DNA of 64,000 nucleotides, taken from the NCBI GenBank assembly GCA_963664815.2, contig CAXXHB010000003.1, forward strand, positions 3,648,001-3,712,000. The letters run 5' to 3'. Within the stretch, counting starts at the first letter, position 1; every line of letters starts with the position of its first letter. Shown in pieces: positions 33,152-43,790 of the stretch. This DNA is from Spirochaetota bacterium. GTDB lineage: Bacteria; Spirochaetota; UBA4802; UBA5550. Made by a program: the position numbers and the translations under genes. The notes beneath the pieces were generated by a model. That model saw nothing but the letters and a program-made list of their open reading frames with translations. It had not been told where the DNA came from and did not search any database.

Positions 33152-35326
33152 ATGAATGGTACTACAGGAGTTATAACTAATGATCTTGAGAAGACAGTTG
33201 ATAAGGTTATCGAGCATGTCGGAAAAGACATCACGTTAGGAATGACCATCGGATTGGGGAAACCAAACTTATTTGCAAATGCGATGTATAGGAGAGCGAA
33301 GAATGACCCATCAATAAGTCTTAAATTAATATCTTCGCTAACGCCTGAACGCCCATCAATGAAATCTGAACTTGAGAAAAGATTGGCCGGTCCCATTGTG
33401 GAGAGAATTTTCTCGGGCACACCGGAATTTGAATATATGATTGACCTGCGTGCAGGTAAACTTCCTCAAAATATTGAATTATATGAATTTTACAGCCAGG
33501 CGGGTACTTACCTTAATGTATCACATGCGCAGCAGAATCACGTGTGTTCGAATTTTACCAATATAGTCCGCGATTGTAATCTAAGAGGCATGAATGTTTT
33601 TGCTCAGGTAATTACAAGCAAGGAAGAAAACGGCATTAAAGAATATTCAATGGGTTCTAACGCAGATATCTGCATAGGCGGCATTGAATCTCTGGATCTG
33701 GCCAGGTCTCAGGGGTATAATGTAGCAAAGATTGCAGAAGTTAACGAAAATATGCCATTCATGTACGGTGATGCCGTCCGTAAAGCTGACGATTATGATT
33801 TCCTGCTGTGCGGCCCGCAATTCAATTATCCCCTTTTCGCACCACCGAAAGAGTCCGTTGATTCAACAGATTATATGATCGGTCTGAATGTAAGCACCCT
33901 TGTTAAAGATGGGGGAACACTTCAGGTTGGCATAGGAGCGCTTGGTGATTCTATTGTTGCCGCACTCGAAATGAGACATTTAAATAACGATATCTATAAA
34001 AACGTTATAAATGAAATGGGAGTTTCTCAAAGATATGGACATCTGATAAACAAATTTGGCGGTATAGATCCTTTTGAACTAGGGCTCTATGGAGAATCAG
34101 AAATGTTTGTCGATGCATTTATGCATCTATATCAAAAAAAGATCATTAAGCGCAAAGTTTTTGACAACGTCGCAATTATGAAATTAATAAATGAAGGGAA
34201 ACTTTCTGCAGATACAATTCCGGAGAATATACTGGAACTTCTTCAAGAAAAAAAAGCCATCCATAAAAAGCTTAGATTAAAAGACTTTCTCATGCTGACT
34301 GAGTTCGGAATACTAAAGGACGGACTTAGATATAGTGATTATTCTATATACGATGGTAATACTAATTACTCAACAAATCTGAATGATAAAAACAATCTTG
34401 ATCAAATTAAGAATATTCTAGGAACGAAACTGAAAAACGGGAAGTTGGTACTTGCGGCATTTTATCTTGGCCCAAAATCATTTTATGATGCACTGAATAA
34501 CATGGATGAAGAAGAAAGATCCCAGTTTGCCATGTCTGGAGTTGAAAAAGTTAATCAGCTATATGGTGATGAAGAACTGAGAACCCTTCAAAGAAAAGAT
34601 GGACGCTTTATTAACACGGGTATGATAGCTACTGTTTTAGGTTCCGTTGCTTCTGACCAGCTTGAAGATGGCAGAGTTATCAGCGGTATTGGTGGACAAT
34701 ATAACTTTGTAACAATGGCTCATGCACTGCCTGATGCAAAATCCATCTTAATGATAAAAAGCACTAAAGGTTTCGGCAAATCACTAAGATCAAACATTGT
34801 GTATAATTATGGGCATTGTTCAATTCCTAAACATTTAAGGGATATTATTGTAACCGAGTATGGGATTGCCGATCTAAGGGGTAAATCGGATAAAGAAACT
34901 ATCATGGAGATGATAAATATTGCTGATTCAAGATTCCAGAAGCAACTCGTCGAACAGGCCAAGAAGATGGGCAAACTGCCCACTGATTATCAGATACCCA
35001 ATCAATATCGAAATAATACACCGGAAAAAATTAACAACCTCGTTAAAAAATATCAGCCGCAGGGTTTATTTAATCCTTTCCCATTTGGCTCGGATTTATC
35101 ACCTGTTGAGCTCATGTTAGGTAATTCCCTTAATAAACTGAAAAACGCCATGGCGGACAGCCCTTTAAAAATGCTGGGGAAATTGTTGATTGAGTTTTTC
35201 AGGTCAGATTCAGATAAAGCATTACCATTTCTTAAGAGAATGAAGCTTGATCATGTATCTGGATTAAAGTTAAAAAGTTTACAGAAAATGGTTATGCTTG
35301 CCCTGAGAAATAGCAAATATATATAG
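33152..35326 (+). CDS. Acetyl-CoA hydrolase/transferase family protein
   Basis: GLGKPN, DGGTLQVGIG, SGIGGQYNF, DIIVTEYGIADLRG. Confidence 0.9.
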   Translation: MNGTTGVITNDLEKTVDKVIEHVGKDITLGMTIGLGKPNLFANAMYRRAKNDPSISLKLISSLTPERPSMKSELEKRLAGPIVERIFSGTPEFEYMIDLRAGKLPQNIELYEFYSQAGTYLNVSHAQQNHVCSNFTNIVRDCNLRGMNVFAQVITSKEENGIKEYSMGSNADICIGGIESLDLARSQGYNVAKIAEVNENMPFMYGDAVRKADDYDFLLCGPQFNYPLFAPPKESVDSTDYMIGLNVSTLVKDGGTLQVGIGALGDSIVAALEMRHLNNDIYKNVINEMGVSQRYGHLINKFGGIDPFELGLYGESEMFVDAFMHLYQKKIIKRKVFDNVAIMKLINEGKLSADTIPENILELLQEKKAIHKKLRLKDFLMLTEFGILKDGLRYSDYSIYDGNTNYSTNLNDKNNLDQIKNILGTKLKNGKLVLAAFYLGPKSFYDALNNMDEEERSQFAMSGVEKVNQLYGDEELRTLQRKDGRFINTGMIATVLGSVASDQLEDGRVISGIGGQYNFVTMAHALPDAKSILMIKSTKGFGKSLRSNIVYNYGHCSIPKHLRDIIVTEYGIADLRGKSDKETIMEMINIADSRFQKQLVEQAKKMGKLPTDYQIPNQYRNNTPEKINNLVKKYQPQGLFNPFPFGSDLSPVELMLGNSLNKLKNAMADSPLKMLGKLLIEFFRSDSDKALPFLKRMKLDHVSGLKLKSLQKMVMLALRNSKYI

Positions 35327-35425
35327 AAGATGATGAATTTCGGGAAAACAATGAGTATCTGGCGGATATAATTAAATATTCTCCAGATACCAGAAATAAG
35401 CAGCTAGCGAGTACAGAATATACGA

Positions 35426-35709
35426 GCTAATCTTTGTAATAATTATTATTTTTTTTCCAATACCACCACTTTGACTTATTAACATCATGTTCTGATTTCG
35501 ATATTGTTGCATAATATACAGCACAACGAAAAACATATAAAAGACATCTATTCAGGACAGGGCCATAATATTTACTCGATAGATTTTCCGGGTTATGATT
35601 CTTTATTTCCTCAATGTTTCCAATACTAATGTTCCATAAATCGTTTACAATTGATTTACCAACGCCCGGAACTGTCGATAATTCTTTTATTGACTATTCT
35701 TTATTCACC
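35426..35709 (-). pseudogene. Helix-hairpin-helix (Cdd1-like) protein with an early TAG
   Basis: Hand translation: VPGVGKSI...RCLLYVFRCAVYYA...KWWYWK. Confidence 0.55.
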
Positions 35710-35875
35710 ATAATTTTAAATTGTCATTTTGATCAAATTCCCAATATGGGTTAAATGCTACTTCAAATATATGCCCGTCAAAATCTTTAAAATAACCGCT
35801 ATAACCACCCTGTGCAACCCGACGACATCGGTAACACTCTACTGTGCCTTTGTACCATATGTTTTATAAATAATC
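35691..35875 (-). repeat. Mosaic duplicate of the VOC gene 3' end (~25076-25196) and ~24912-24982
   Basis: Near-identical blocks, e.g. taattttaaattgtcattttgatcaaattcccaata and gacgacatcggtaaca. Confidence 0.8.
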
Positions 35876-36346
35876 AAGCCGGTTATTTTATCCAGTATGT
35901 CTATCAAGAAAATCATCAAACCGGATTTCCAGTTCACCCTTGTTTTTTTATGCCCACATTATAACCGGCAAAGGGATTGCCTGCGAATAACTTCTAACTC
36001 ATGTTCAGCAAGATAAAGGAGTATAAACATTTCCAGAGATTCTATCACCGTGGGAACCGGAAAAGGTTAACACAATCCGGGCTCTTATCTGTATTGCTCA
36101 TAATTTCCGTAATCTCGCCCGGCTGGAGTACGGATTATAATTGTATAAGTTAAAATATTCCGAAGATACACGATCTTCGGAATACAGACAGTGATGTAAA
36201 AATAAAATCAGAGGATATTCAGTCGATCTTATTTTAGACTACTCATTTTTTTTAATAAGTTACTTTTACGACAGACTCCTTTCTTGTACGCCGTTTTATA
36301 AAATAATGAGTTTTTTCTAAAGAATATAAAAATGCTGCATTATCAC

Positions 36347-36955
36347 CTACAAACCCATACTCAATGATTGGCTAACATTTTGAGCAAGGAACAATAATTC
36401 TTTATTTTCACTAGCTGGAGTACTCCGTGTTCCTGCAGCAATCAGCAGATCGATTACATTGAATTCCAATTTCTGAAACATAGCTTTTGTATAATCGTAG
36501 TAGAGTTTAAAAAGAGTTTTGTCGGGATTTCCCTGGGTAAAAACGATAGCTAGCTTTTTGCCAGCATTTTCTTCTTTAAAATTTGGAGCGAATCGGGGAT
36601 GAAATTCTGCATACAATCTATCTACGAAAATTTTTGTCTGTCCGCTCATCTGTCCCATATAGACAGGTGATCCTACAACCATAGCATCTGAGATTGAAAT
36701 GGAGGAATACAGTTTCTGCATGTCATCATTGACAATACAGTGTTCATCTCCCTTTTGGCATGCATTGCAGCCTCTGCAAGGATTGATTGTTAAATCGCTG
36801 GAATGCCATATTTCTGTTTCGGCGCCATGTTTTTTTGCCTCTTCCAGTATTTTACTGATCAGCCAGGCTGTATTACCATTCTTGTGAGGACTACCGTTAA
36901 ATCCTATAATCTTCATTATTTCTCCTTGGGTATAGTATAATTCACATACCTTCAT
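36347..36955 (-). CDS. Flavodoxin/NADPH-dependent FMN reductase family protein
   Basis: NGSPHKNGNT, CRGCNAC, GSPVY; the start is likely MKIIG. Confidence 0.88.
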   Translation of the reverse strand: MKVCELYYTQGEIMKIIGFNGSPHKNGNTAWLISKILEEAKKHGAETEIWHSSDLTINPCRGCNACQKGDEHCIVNDDMQKLYSSISISDAMVVGSPVYMGQMSGQTKIFVDRLYAEFHPRFAPNFKEENAGKKLAIVFTQGNPDKTLFKLYYDYTKAMFQKLEFNVIDLLIAAGTRSTPASENKELLFLAQNVSQSLSMGL

Positions 36956-37273
36956 AATTAAGTATTAGGAAATGTTCTGGTTTTTCGAGAAGAATAGGAA
37001 AGAATTTCTCTGCACACGTTTTTGAAGTGAAACGGTGGTATCTGCCATTGGTGGGTAACCACCAGATTTCCGACTTTTATAGTCTCCTATTTTTGAAGAT
37101 GAACTTGTCAACATTTTTTTAGAAAACATACTTTATGTCTTCTAGATTTGTCAGGTATATAGCACGTATTTTTATCTAATATGACCGTTTCAATCAATCT
37201 GATTGGCAGTCGTTATACTATAAGTGTTTTACCTTTGAGGCATGGATGCCATAAAGGTCACAAATAATTCACA

Positions 37274-38260
37274 TTATATTAAATCTAATTTTTTTAACAT
37301 AAATAACGGTGCAAGCAATGAATAAAAAATATATACTAAACCCACAAATGTTTCTGGGAAATCATAAAAATTTATTCTTCTTAACCATGAAATCTTTTTT
37401 TTCTTTTCATTATTAAAACTCTGCATTGACAAATGAGTTTGTTGATAAAGAATAAAAGCTTTAATTTTTCCATAATTTGAATAAGATGAATTAATAATTA
37501 CAGGGAGCCAACGTCTTCTATATAATTTTAAAATTGAAACTTTACTTCCAGGAACGGGTTTACAATGTCTTATCTCTGTAATTTTTTCCCATTCTATTTT
37601 TCTTTTGATTAACAAGCGCCATTGTATGCAGTACTTTGAAGTGATAGTTATCTTTTCATAAAAAATGACTCTGGCTAGAAAAAAATATAATATAACAGGA
37701 TGTATCATAATTAAAATTGGTTTTATTTGAAATGAATAGTTTTCCCATCCAACATTTTTCGTGTATACTATAAGCATAATTATTACAATAGAAATATAGG
37801 TCGAAAAAAACGGCATAAGTCTTTTTCCTGTATAATTCCCAGTAATACCATAGCGTAGAATATTCTGTATGTCATCTTTGAAAGGTTCATCCGGATATTT
37901 ATTTTCAACATTTCCCCAGATATCATATCCGGGAACTGGTCCATTCCATAAATTATATGGTAATTGAAAAATTTTATTCACTCTTTTTGATTTTTTAAAA
38001 AATAAGATTACAATTCCAATAGAAATAATCATTACAATTATTTTACTATATATCTCAAATGAACCGAAACCGATATATTCTTGAATCTGCTTATCGATCC
38101 TGTATTCAATACTTCCGCTATAAAATACCAGCTCAAGAAAATCATATATACAATAATAAGTAATAATTATTGCCATCAAGAATGGAATACATATTAAACA
38201 AATAGAAATCAATTTAAAACTAAAATTTTTTATTACCTGTTTCAGACCCCACCTCTGCAA
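37274..38260 (-). CDS. Hypothetical membrane protein
   Basis: 328-aa AT-rich ORF with several TM segments. Confidence 0.6.
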   Translation of the reverse strand: MQRWGLKQVIKNFSFKLISICLICIPFLMAIIITYYCIYDFLELVFYSGSIEYRIDKQIQEYIGFGSFEIYSKIIVMIISIGIVILFFKKSKRVNKIFQLPYNLWNGPVPGYDIWGNVENKYPDEPFKDDIQNILRYGITGNYTGKRLMPFFSTYISIVIIMLIVYTKNVGWENYSFQIKPILIMIHPVILYFFLARVIFYEKITITSKYCIQWRLLIKRKIEWEKITEIRHCKPVPGSKVSILKLYRRRWLPVIINSSYSNYGKIKAFILYQQTHLSMQSFNNEKKKKISWLRRINFYDFPETFVGLVYIFYSLLAPLFMLKKLDLI

Positions 38261-38343
38261 TTTTTTACATACTTAAAAATATTTCACATCATCATATTTT
38301 GCTTTTCTTCCGGCATGAATGCCGGATTTCTTAATTTTGCTTT

Positions 38344-38745
38344 GTCTGGCAGGTCCGGGAGCTCGCAACCCCCTTTCCCCCATAAGAACCTTACGTGAAA
38401 GTTTCTACAACGGGTACTTACTGCGTCCGCCTTCAAACGGCTCAATCCGTCTGAAGCTGATTATACTACCAGCCGCTGTTATCTGCTTTATTCCCATTTT
38501 TCTATAATAGAAATAATCAGAATCTTCTTTTAAAAATGGGTTCCTGTCAAGACTTATCATTCTGTGCCGTACAATTTTAATGTGTCCCGCAGTAATGAGA
38601 ATCTCCTCATCAGAGCAGAAAGTTTAAGTACCGGTTTTTAAGCCATAAAGAATTTTTCATCGGGTGTCTGAATCTGCCCCATCTCCATAGAGCCTGAAAA
38701 AGAACAGTATCGAGTTTTTTAAAGGCTTCTTTTAAAACCATTCCA
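38344..38745 (-). mobile_element. Group II intron 3' remnant, copy 2 (decayed maturase tail + DV/DVI)
   Basis: Homologous to 43791-44215; minus strand has gagccg...ctttcacgtaaggttc and ends cctgccagac. Confidence 0.8.
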
Positions 38746-38994
38746 CGGAGTTTTTGAAATTTTGCATAAAATCGCCATTCACAGTCTATCAGATAACTGT
38801 AGAAATAATTATTTTACGGGATTATTATTTTTTCCGGTAAGATCATCGGATTATTATTGAATGTTATTACAAAGACCGGGAGAAAATGGGATTCAATTCC
38901 TATATATACTGTTCGATCTTAATAGCCCCTTCAAGTATTACCGGATCTGAATCTGATTCAATTCCTATATATACTGTTCGATCCCAGTGGTTTC

Positions 38995-39119
38995 GTCCAA
39001 CAGAGTCTTAACATAGTTGTTGTCTGAAGATTGAAATTATCTGTTCAATGTTTTTATACCGCTAATAAAGATTAGCGGTTTTTTTGAGGCAACTACGTTA
39101 AGACTTCTATAAGTTATGC
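38995..39119 (-). other. attC-like site (family B, 125 bp)
   Basis: Minus strand GCATAAC...GTTGGAC; imperfect arms agagtcttaacatagttg / caactacgttaagacttct. Confidence 0.85.
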
Positions 39120-39146
39120 GAAGGTCTGCCCCCGGTTTTCAATAGC

Positions 39147-39479
39147 TTAATTTCTGATTAATCTTTTTAAGATTATATCTTCGAAATTTCTTCTAGAGTC
39201 AATCATTGAAAGAATATATACTTTTTGTTCTTCTATTCTATAAACTATTCGCCATGGAGTTATAATCAGTTCTCGATAATTACTAATATTATGAAAATCA
39301 AGCTCAGGAACAGTTCTTCCTCGTTCAGGAAAATTTTCTAATTTGATTGTTTGCTTTTTGATTTTTTCAAATATTTCTGCGGCTGTATTCAGACTATCTA
39401 ATGAAATATATTCAATTATTTCAATAAGATCATCTTGTGCAATTTTTGTCCAATATACTGTATATTTTTTTGATGTCAT
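39147..39479 (-). CDS. RelE/ParE family toxin (copy 1)
   Basis: VYWTKIAQDDL...FPERGR.VPE...YRELI..PWRIVYR. Confidence 0.9.
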   Translation of the reverse strand: MTSKKYTVYWTKIAQDDLIEIIEYISLDSLNTAAEIFEKIKKQTIKLENFPERGRTVPELDFHNISNYRELIITPWRIVYRIEEQKVYILSMIDSRRNFEDIILKRLIRN

Positions 39480-39483
39480 ATTC

Positions 39484-39762
39484 TTATCTTTTTTTTAGAA
39501 TTTTATCTTCGATTGCAGAAAAGAATGAATTCTGCTCTGTGAATTTTCCATTTTTTACATCGTTTTCTCCCATGGAAATTAGTTTTAAAATCCCTATCGC
39601 GTTTTGCATTGAATCATAACTTTCTGTATCCATTAATACAGCTTTTGCTTCCCCATTTTGAGTTATGATAATTGGACGATGAGTTTCGTTAACTTGATCA
39701 AGCATGTTTGCAGCATTTGCTTTTACGAAAGAAATGGGGCGTATATCTTGTTTGGTATTCAT
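39484..39762 (-). CDS. Phd/YefM family antitoxin (copy 1)
   Basis: IRPISFVKANAA...PIIITQNGEAKAVL. Confidence 0.9.
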   Translation of the reverse strand: MNTKQDIRPISFVKANAANMLDQVNETHRPIIITQNGEAKAVLMDTESYDSMQNAIGILKLISMGENDVKNGKFTEQNSFFSAIEDKILKKR

Positions 39763-39861
39763 TTTTTTATCCTCTATGGTGTTTCTATTGATCTAAATAT
39801 GGTACTAAATTAAGTTTTAAAGGTCAAGAATAATTTTCTAAAACGACGGGGGCAGACTTTC

Positions 39862-39924
39862 GCATAACGTTAAGAAGAGTATCTTAATCAATCTTCTCCG
39901 ATTGAGATACTCTTCAAGTTGGCC
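39862..39924 (-). other. attC-like site (family C, 63 bp)
   Basis: Minus strand GGCCAAC...GTTATGC; arms gaagagtatctt..atc / gattgagatactcttc. Confidence 0.85.
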
Positions 39925-40068
39925 GGCTTTTTTATAACATCACTTCGACGCCGCTCATTTCGACATACTCAATACAAGCAGTGCATCGCCTGTTATATGC
40001 CGGCAGGTGGTCACTGAGCCTGCCGTCTATGATGAAAATCAACACTTTTTAAAAATATTTATAAAAAA

Positions 40069-41154
40069 TCATGCAGCTAATGCTGACTCATATTGTTTCA
40101 GCTTTGCAGCATGGTTTTTTTCATCAGTATAGTAATACATTTTATTCTCTTTCAGCATATTATAAATGATAACGATGATCTTGCGCATTACTGCAACACG
40201 AACCTTTCCGGCATTCTTACCTTTCCTTTTTTCAAAATAAAACTTATGAAGCCTGTCACTTGAATCAATGAAATGCTTTATACTCTCTGTCATTAAACTG
40301 GCAGTCAATGTCCTTGACTGTTTATTCACCTTACCGACATGTGCTGTGTTCCCTGATGCATCTATTCGGGGAGCCGTTCTTAAATACGAGCATAGTTTTT
40401 TAGCACTGGGAAATCTGTTAATATCTGCAATATCTGACATTATTGCAATAGCAAGAAAAGGGCTTATCCCGCGAATACTTGTCAGAATCCGTATCTCTCT
40501 GTAAAATATCTTCCCTTTCTTCAGAATTGCTTTCTTTATATTCTCTTTTTCATTTTCAAGAGAATTGAGCGTTGATAGCAGAATATTGATTTGAACTGAA
40601 AATACCTCACTGACAGGCAGACTCCTGATCCTGTCCTGTATGTGGTTGTATGAAAGATTTTCCTTTGAAAATCCGAAAATACCATTCTGACGGAAAAGTG
40701 ACCTGATACGATTCTTTGTCATACATGCCTGTTTCTTGAGCATCTCATACGTTACAAACATGCTTCTCAACTCGCTAACTTCTTTTGACGGAATGTAGAT
40801 TGTCGGAAATTCATCCGATGATTTATCATAGCATACATAATATTTCAATTTCTTTGCCAGTTTAATGGCATCAATCTTATCAGTCTTCTTCCTGGAATTC
40901 GATATTATTGAAAACTTGTAAGGATCTACAACATAGACCTCCTTTACATATTCTTTAACCTGTTCCACAAACCAGAATGTATTGGTTGATGCCTCAACGA
41001 CTATATAATCCTCAATCATCAGTTTACTTAAAAATCTCTTAAATGCTTCTGTTTTTAAACTGACTGTTTCCATTGTCAGTTCGTCCGTTTTTTCCCCTAA
41101 AACTGCTGCTTTAAAACTATCTGTGTGAAGATCTATCCCATAAAACATTGACAA
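40069..41154 (-). CDS. IS110-family transposase/recombinase
   Basis: GIDLH, VVEAS, KTDKIDA (DEDD); RGIS...RF.SAKKL.SY...P...ASG. Confidence 0.93.
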   Translation of the reverse strand: MSMFYGIDLHTDSFKAAVLGEKTDELTMETVSLKTEAFKRFLSKLMIEDYIVVEASTNTFWFVEQVKEYVKEVYVVDPYKFSIISNSRKKTDKIDAIKLAKKLKYYVCYDKSSDEFPTIYIPSKEVSELRSMFVTYEMLKKQACMTKNRIRSLFRQNGIFGFSKENLSYNHIQDRIRSLPVSEVFSVQINILLSTLNSLENEKENIKKAILKKGKIFYREIRILTSIRGISPFLAIAIMSDIADINRFPSAKKLCSYLRTAPRIDASGNTAHVGKVNKQSRTLTASLMTESIKHFIDSSDRLHKFYFEKRKGKNAGKVRVAVMRKIIVIIYNMLKENKMYYYTDEKNHAAKLKQYESALAA

Positions 41155-41164
41155 TCAATCCCCC

Positions 41165-41400
41165 TTATGATATTTTTGATACTCAAGACCAACTTGACGG
41201 GTTAAATGAATGGTCCACTCGTCTATTCGGGTTTCAGGGAGAATATCCCGTTCCCATTCTTTTGGTCAGGAAGGAGGCTGGACTAAACGAAGCAACGGGC
41301 TTTTTGTAATGTCACTTACAGATATCCCAGGCAAGCTCTCAGCCTCCTTCTCTTCTTGAATATCTAAGAAGAGAATTTACCTCATTCCTGCAACCGTCAA
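41165..41400 (-). ncRNA. Putative bridge/seek RNA region of the IS110 element
   Basis: Stem aaggaggctg/cagcctcctt encloses cgaag and ggcaagctc, which match the target; cgtctat matches the donor end. Confidence 0.65.
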
Positions 41401-41450
41401 GATTTTGTTGATTGTCATCATAAAAACGAAGTGCAAACGTCATGTTTGCT

Positions 41451-41957
41451 CGACAGAACCGCCTGAGCAACAGCCCGATATAATATTAATGGATTTTAAA
41501 TTACCGGATTTATAATTGCAAGAATAATTCGTATGTAGAAATTTGAATAAATAAACAATTGCATCTTTATAACAACCAATATATCTGCTTTTAAAACACT
41601 GTTAAACGGCATTCCCAAGAATAAATTATCATTATTTCTCAGTTATCAGAATAAAAGTATCCCTTCATGGTCTTTTTATCGTTACCATAATCATAAGATA
41701 TTAATATGCAGATAATAATCTACAACCGCTCTGGTTCGCCGGAGGTGAACGATACCTCACCGGTTCAGGAATCTCTTTTACAATAAGCCTTCCGGTTTTG
41801 CATGTAGGGCAGCATGAAAGATTTTTACCTGTGACGCGCAGATAGATTTCACTCCATGTCTGCGGTATACTTTCATTATTCTTTTGAATTTCGTAAAACT
41901 CGCGGCATGCCTCAACAGCCTTCTTTTTATTCCGGTGAGAGAGAATTCCGAAGTACC
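41451..41957 (-). pseudogene. Truncated copy of the 3' end of the IS91-like transposase cassette (47141-47640)
   Basis: Near-identical sequence including gacagaaccgcctgag and YFGILSHRNKK...RSPP. Confidence 0.9.
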
Positions 41958-41959
41958 AA

Positions 41960-42152
41960 CAGGGCAAACAGTCCTACCCTTTGCCTGATGTTTCCCGGTC
42001 AGCCCCTGGCGGAGCAGGATGAGCTGAGCAAAGAGCTTCCTGAGGATACAGCTTCCCTGTTCTGGAAATATTTCAGGATTGATATAACTCTCTGCAGGGA
42101 GTGCGAAAAGGGACACATTCATTATATCCATGGCCAGTCGACTTACGGTTAG
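41960..42152 (+). pseudogene. Possible C-terminal fragment of a different IS91-type transposase
   Basis: FRIDITLCRECEKGHI resembles the terminal CxxCxxG motif of these transposases. Confidence 0.4.
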
Positions 42153-42405
42153 CTGTTATAAAGAGTATAGCTGTACTTCACAGATTTAAAAAACTGTTTC
42201 ATAGAGAGGATAAGTATGCCCGGAGCTTTTAAAATTTTGCATAAAATCGCCATTCACAGTCTATCAGATAACTGTAGAAATAATTATTTTACGAGTTTAT
42301 TATTTTTTCCGGTAAAATCACCGGATTTTTACTGTATGTTATTTCAAAGATCGGGATAAAACGGTATTCAAATTCCTATATATACTGTTCGATCCCAGTG
42401 GTTTC

Positions 42406-42530
42406 GTCCAACAGAGTCTTAACATAGCTGCTGTCTGAAGATTGAAATTATCTGTTTAATGTTTTTATACCGCTAATAAAGATTAGCGGTTTTTTTAAGG
42501 CAACTACGTTAAGACTTCTATAAGTTATGC
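42406..42530 (-). other. attC-like site (family B)
   Basis: Near-identical to 38995-39119; begins 9 bp after the stop of the 409-aa ORF. Confidence 0.85.
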
Positions 42531-42539
42531 GTAGTGCCA

Positions 42540-43769
42540 TTATCTATGAAAATGACAATAATCTCTATAAGTTAATATTTCACAGGGTTTGCCTTCTATT
42601 TCTCTACTTCTGCAAGGTGCCCCACATTCATGAGGTTGACGGTCAAGAAACCTATTATATAAAGATAATCTGTGTTTGACTTCTTCCTCTGTGAAAATTT
42701 CCTCAATTTGATCATCCTTTGATTTAAATGCTTTAACAATTAAAACCCCGGCTGTAGTCACTGATTGAATTAAATTATCATTTTCATTGTATATAGGTTC
42801 GCATTTATATTCATGCAATTTCGAATAATCTTTTGAATTAATCAATTCAATAATTTCTTTATCGATACCAATAAAATATTTATATTTACCAACATTGCTT
42901 GTAAGTTTTGAAAACAATTGATCAATGTCTTTACTTGAATCTTTAAATTTTATAATATTATCAACGATTAATCTTCTATCAAAGTATTCACCTAAATAAA
43001 CTTTTCCATTTAGTTTATATTTCCCAAAAAATTTATTTGCTTCAATTTTAATTTTTTTCTTTTCACCATTTAATATAGGTTTAATTATTTTATTAAAATT
43101 TCTTGAATCGAGAATATAACTTAATGTTGAAGCGTAATTTTCTAATATTGTAATAGATGGATCACCCTCATCACTATTTATATCTTCAGGTGGATCGTCA
43201 CAGATAAGACAATATGATTTTTTATTATCATTTTGATTTAAAAGATGAAAAATAGTACCATATCTTAAATGAATATTTTTTTTATTTTGCTTTTTACTTA
43301 AGATATCATTTCTCATTGTAGAATTATTTGAACCAACTGTTCCTTTTGTTTCAATTTCATATTTTTTAGAATTAATAGTAACGCTATAGTCTAGATATTT
43401 TCCATCAGTTATTGGGGCAATTTTTTTAATGCGATTTGGATTAATTTTTAATAATTCTATTGAATAGAGTAAACCTACCGCAACTCCGGAACCTTCCGAA
43501 ATCAATTTTTTAACACGATCATCATTCGATAGGTTTATGAGTGAGTTATTTTCAAATTTAATAAAAGTTGAAAATAACGATTCAAATGCTGGCACTTGAC
43601 TTTGAAGATAATCAAAATCAGATTCTTTAATGTGTTTTGGTACTTCCCACATCATCACAGCATAGCGGAATAAATCAATTTTATTTAGTTCAATAGTTGA
43701 TATTGTTTTAAATATCTGAACTTGTTTTGCACTATCATCAATTTTTATTGGTATATTTATTTTATTCAT
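42540..43769 (-). CDS. Cassette protein with a putative PD-(D/E)XK nuclease motif and a C-terminal Cys/His cluster
   Basis: SEGSG...LDY...EIETKG; CGAPC...GKPC...YCHFH. Confidence 0.6.
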   Translation of the reverse strand: MNKINIPIKIDDSAKQVQIFKTISTIELNKIDLFRYAVMMWEVPKHIKESDFDYLQSQVPAFESLFSTFIKFENNSLINLSNDDRVKKLISEGSGVAVGLLYSIELLKINPNRIKKIAPITDGKYLDYSVTINSKKYEIETKGTVGSNNSTMRNDILSKKQNKKNIHLRYGTIFHLLNQNDNKKSYCLICDDPPEDINSDEGDPSITILENYASTLSYILDSRNFNKIIKPILNGEKKKIKIEANKFFGKYKLNGKVYLGEYFDRRLIVDNIIKFKDSSKDIDQLFSKLTSNVGKYKYFIGIDKEIIELINSKDYSKLHEYKCEPIYNENDNLIQSVTTAGVLIVKAFKSKDDQIEEIFTEEEVKHRLSLYNRFLDRQPHECGAPCRSREIEGKPCEILTYRDYCHFHR

Positions 43770-43790
43770 TGGAACCTCGTTTTAATGGCA

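Larger units (their letters stand above)
40024..41428 (-). mobile_element. IS110-family element inserted in a REP-like GAGCCTGC-CG-AAGTG site
   Basis: CG core at both ends (40024-25, 41427-28); sub-terminal IRs tatgatgaaaatcaac / gttgattgtcatcata (15/16). Confidence 0.88.
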
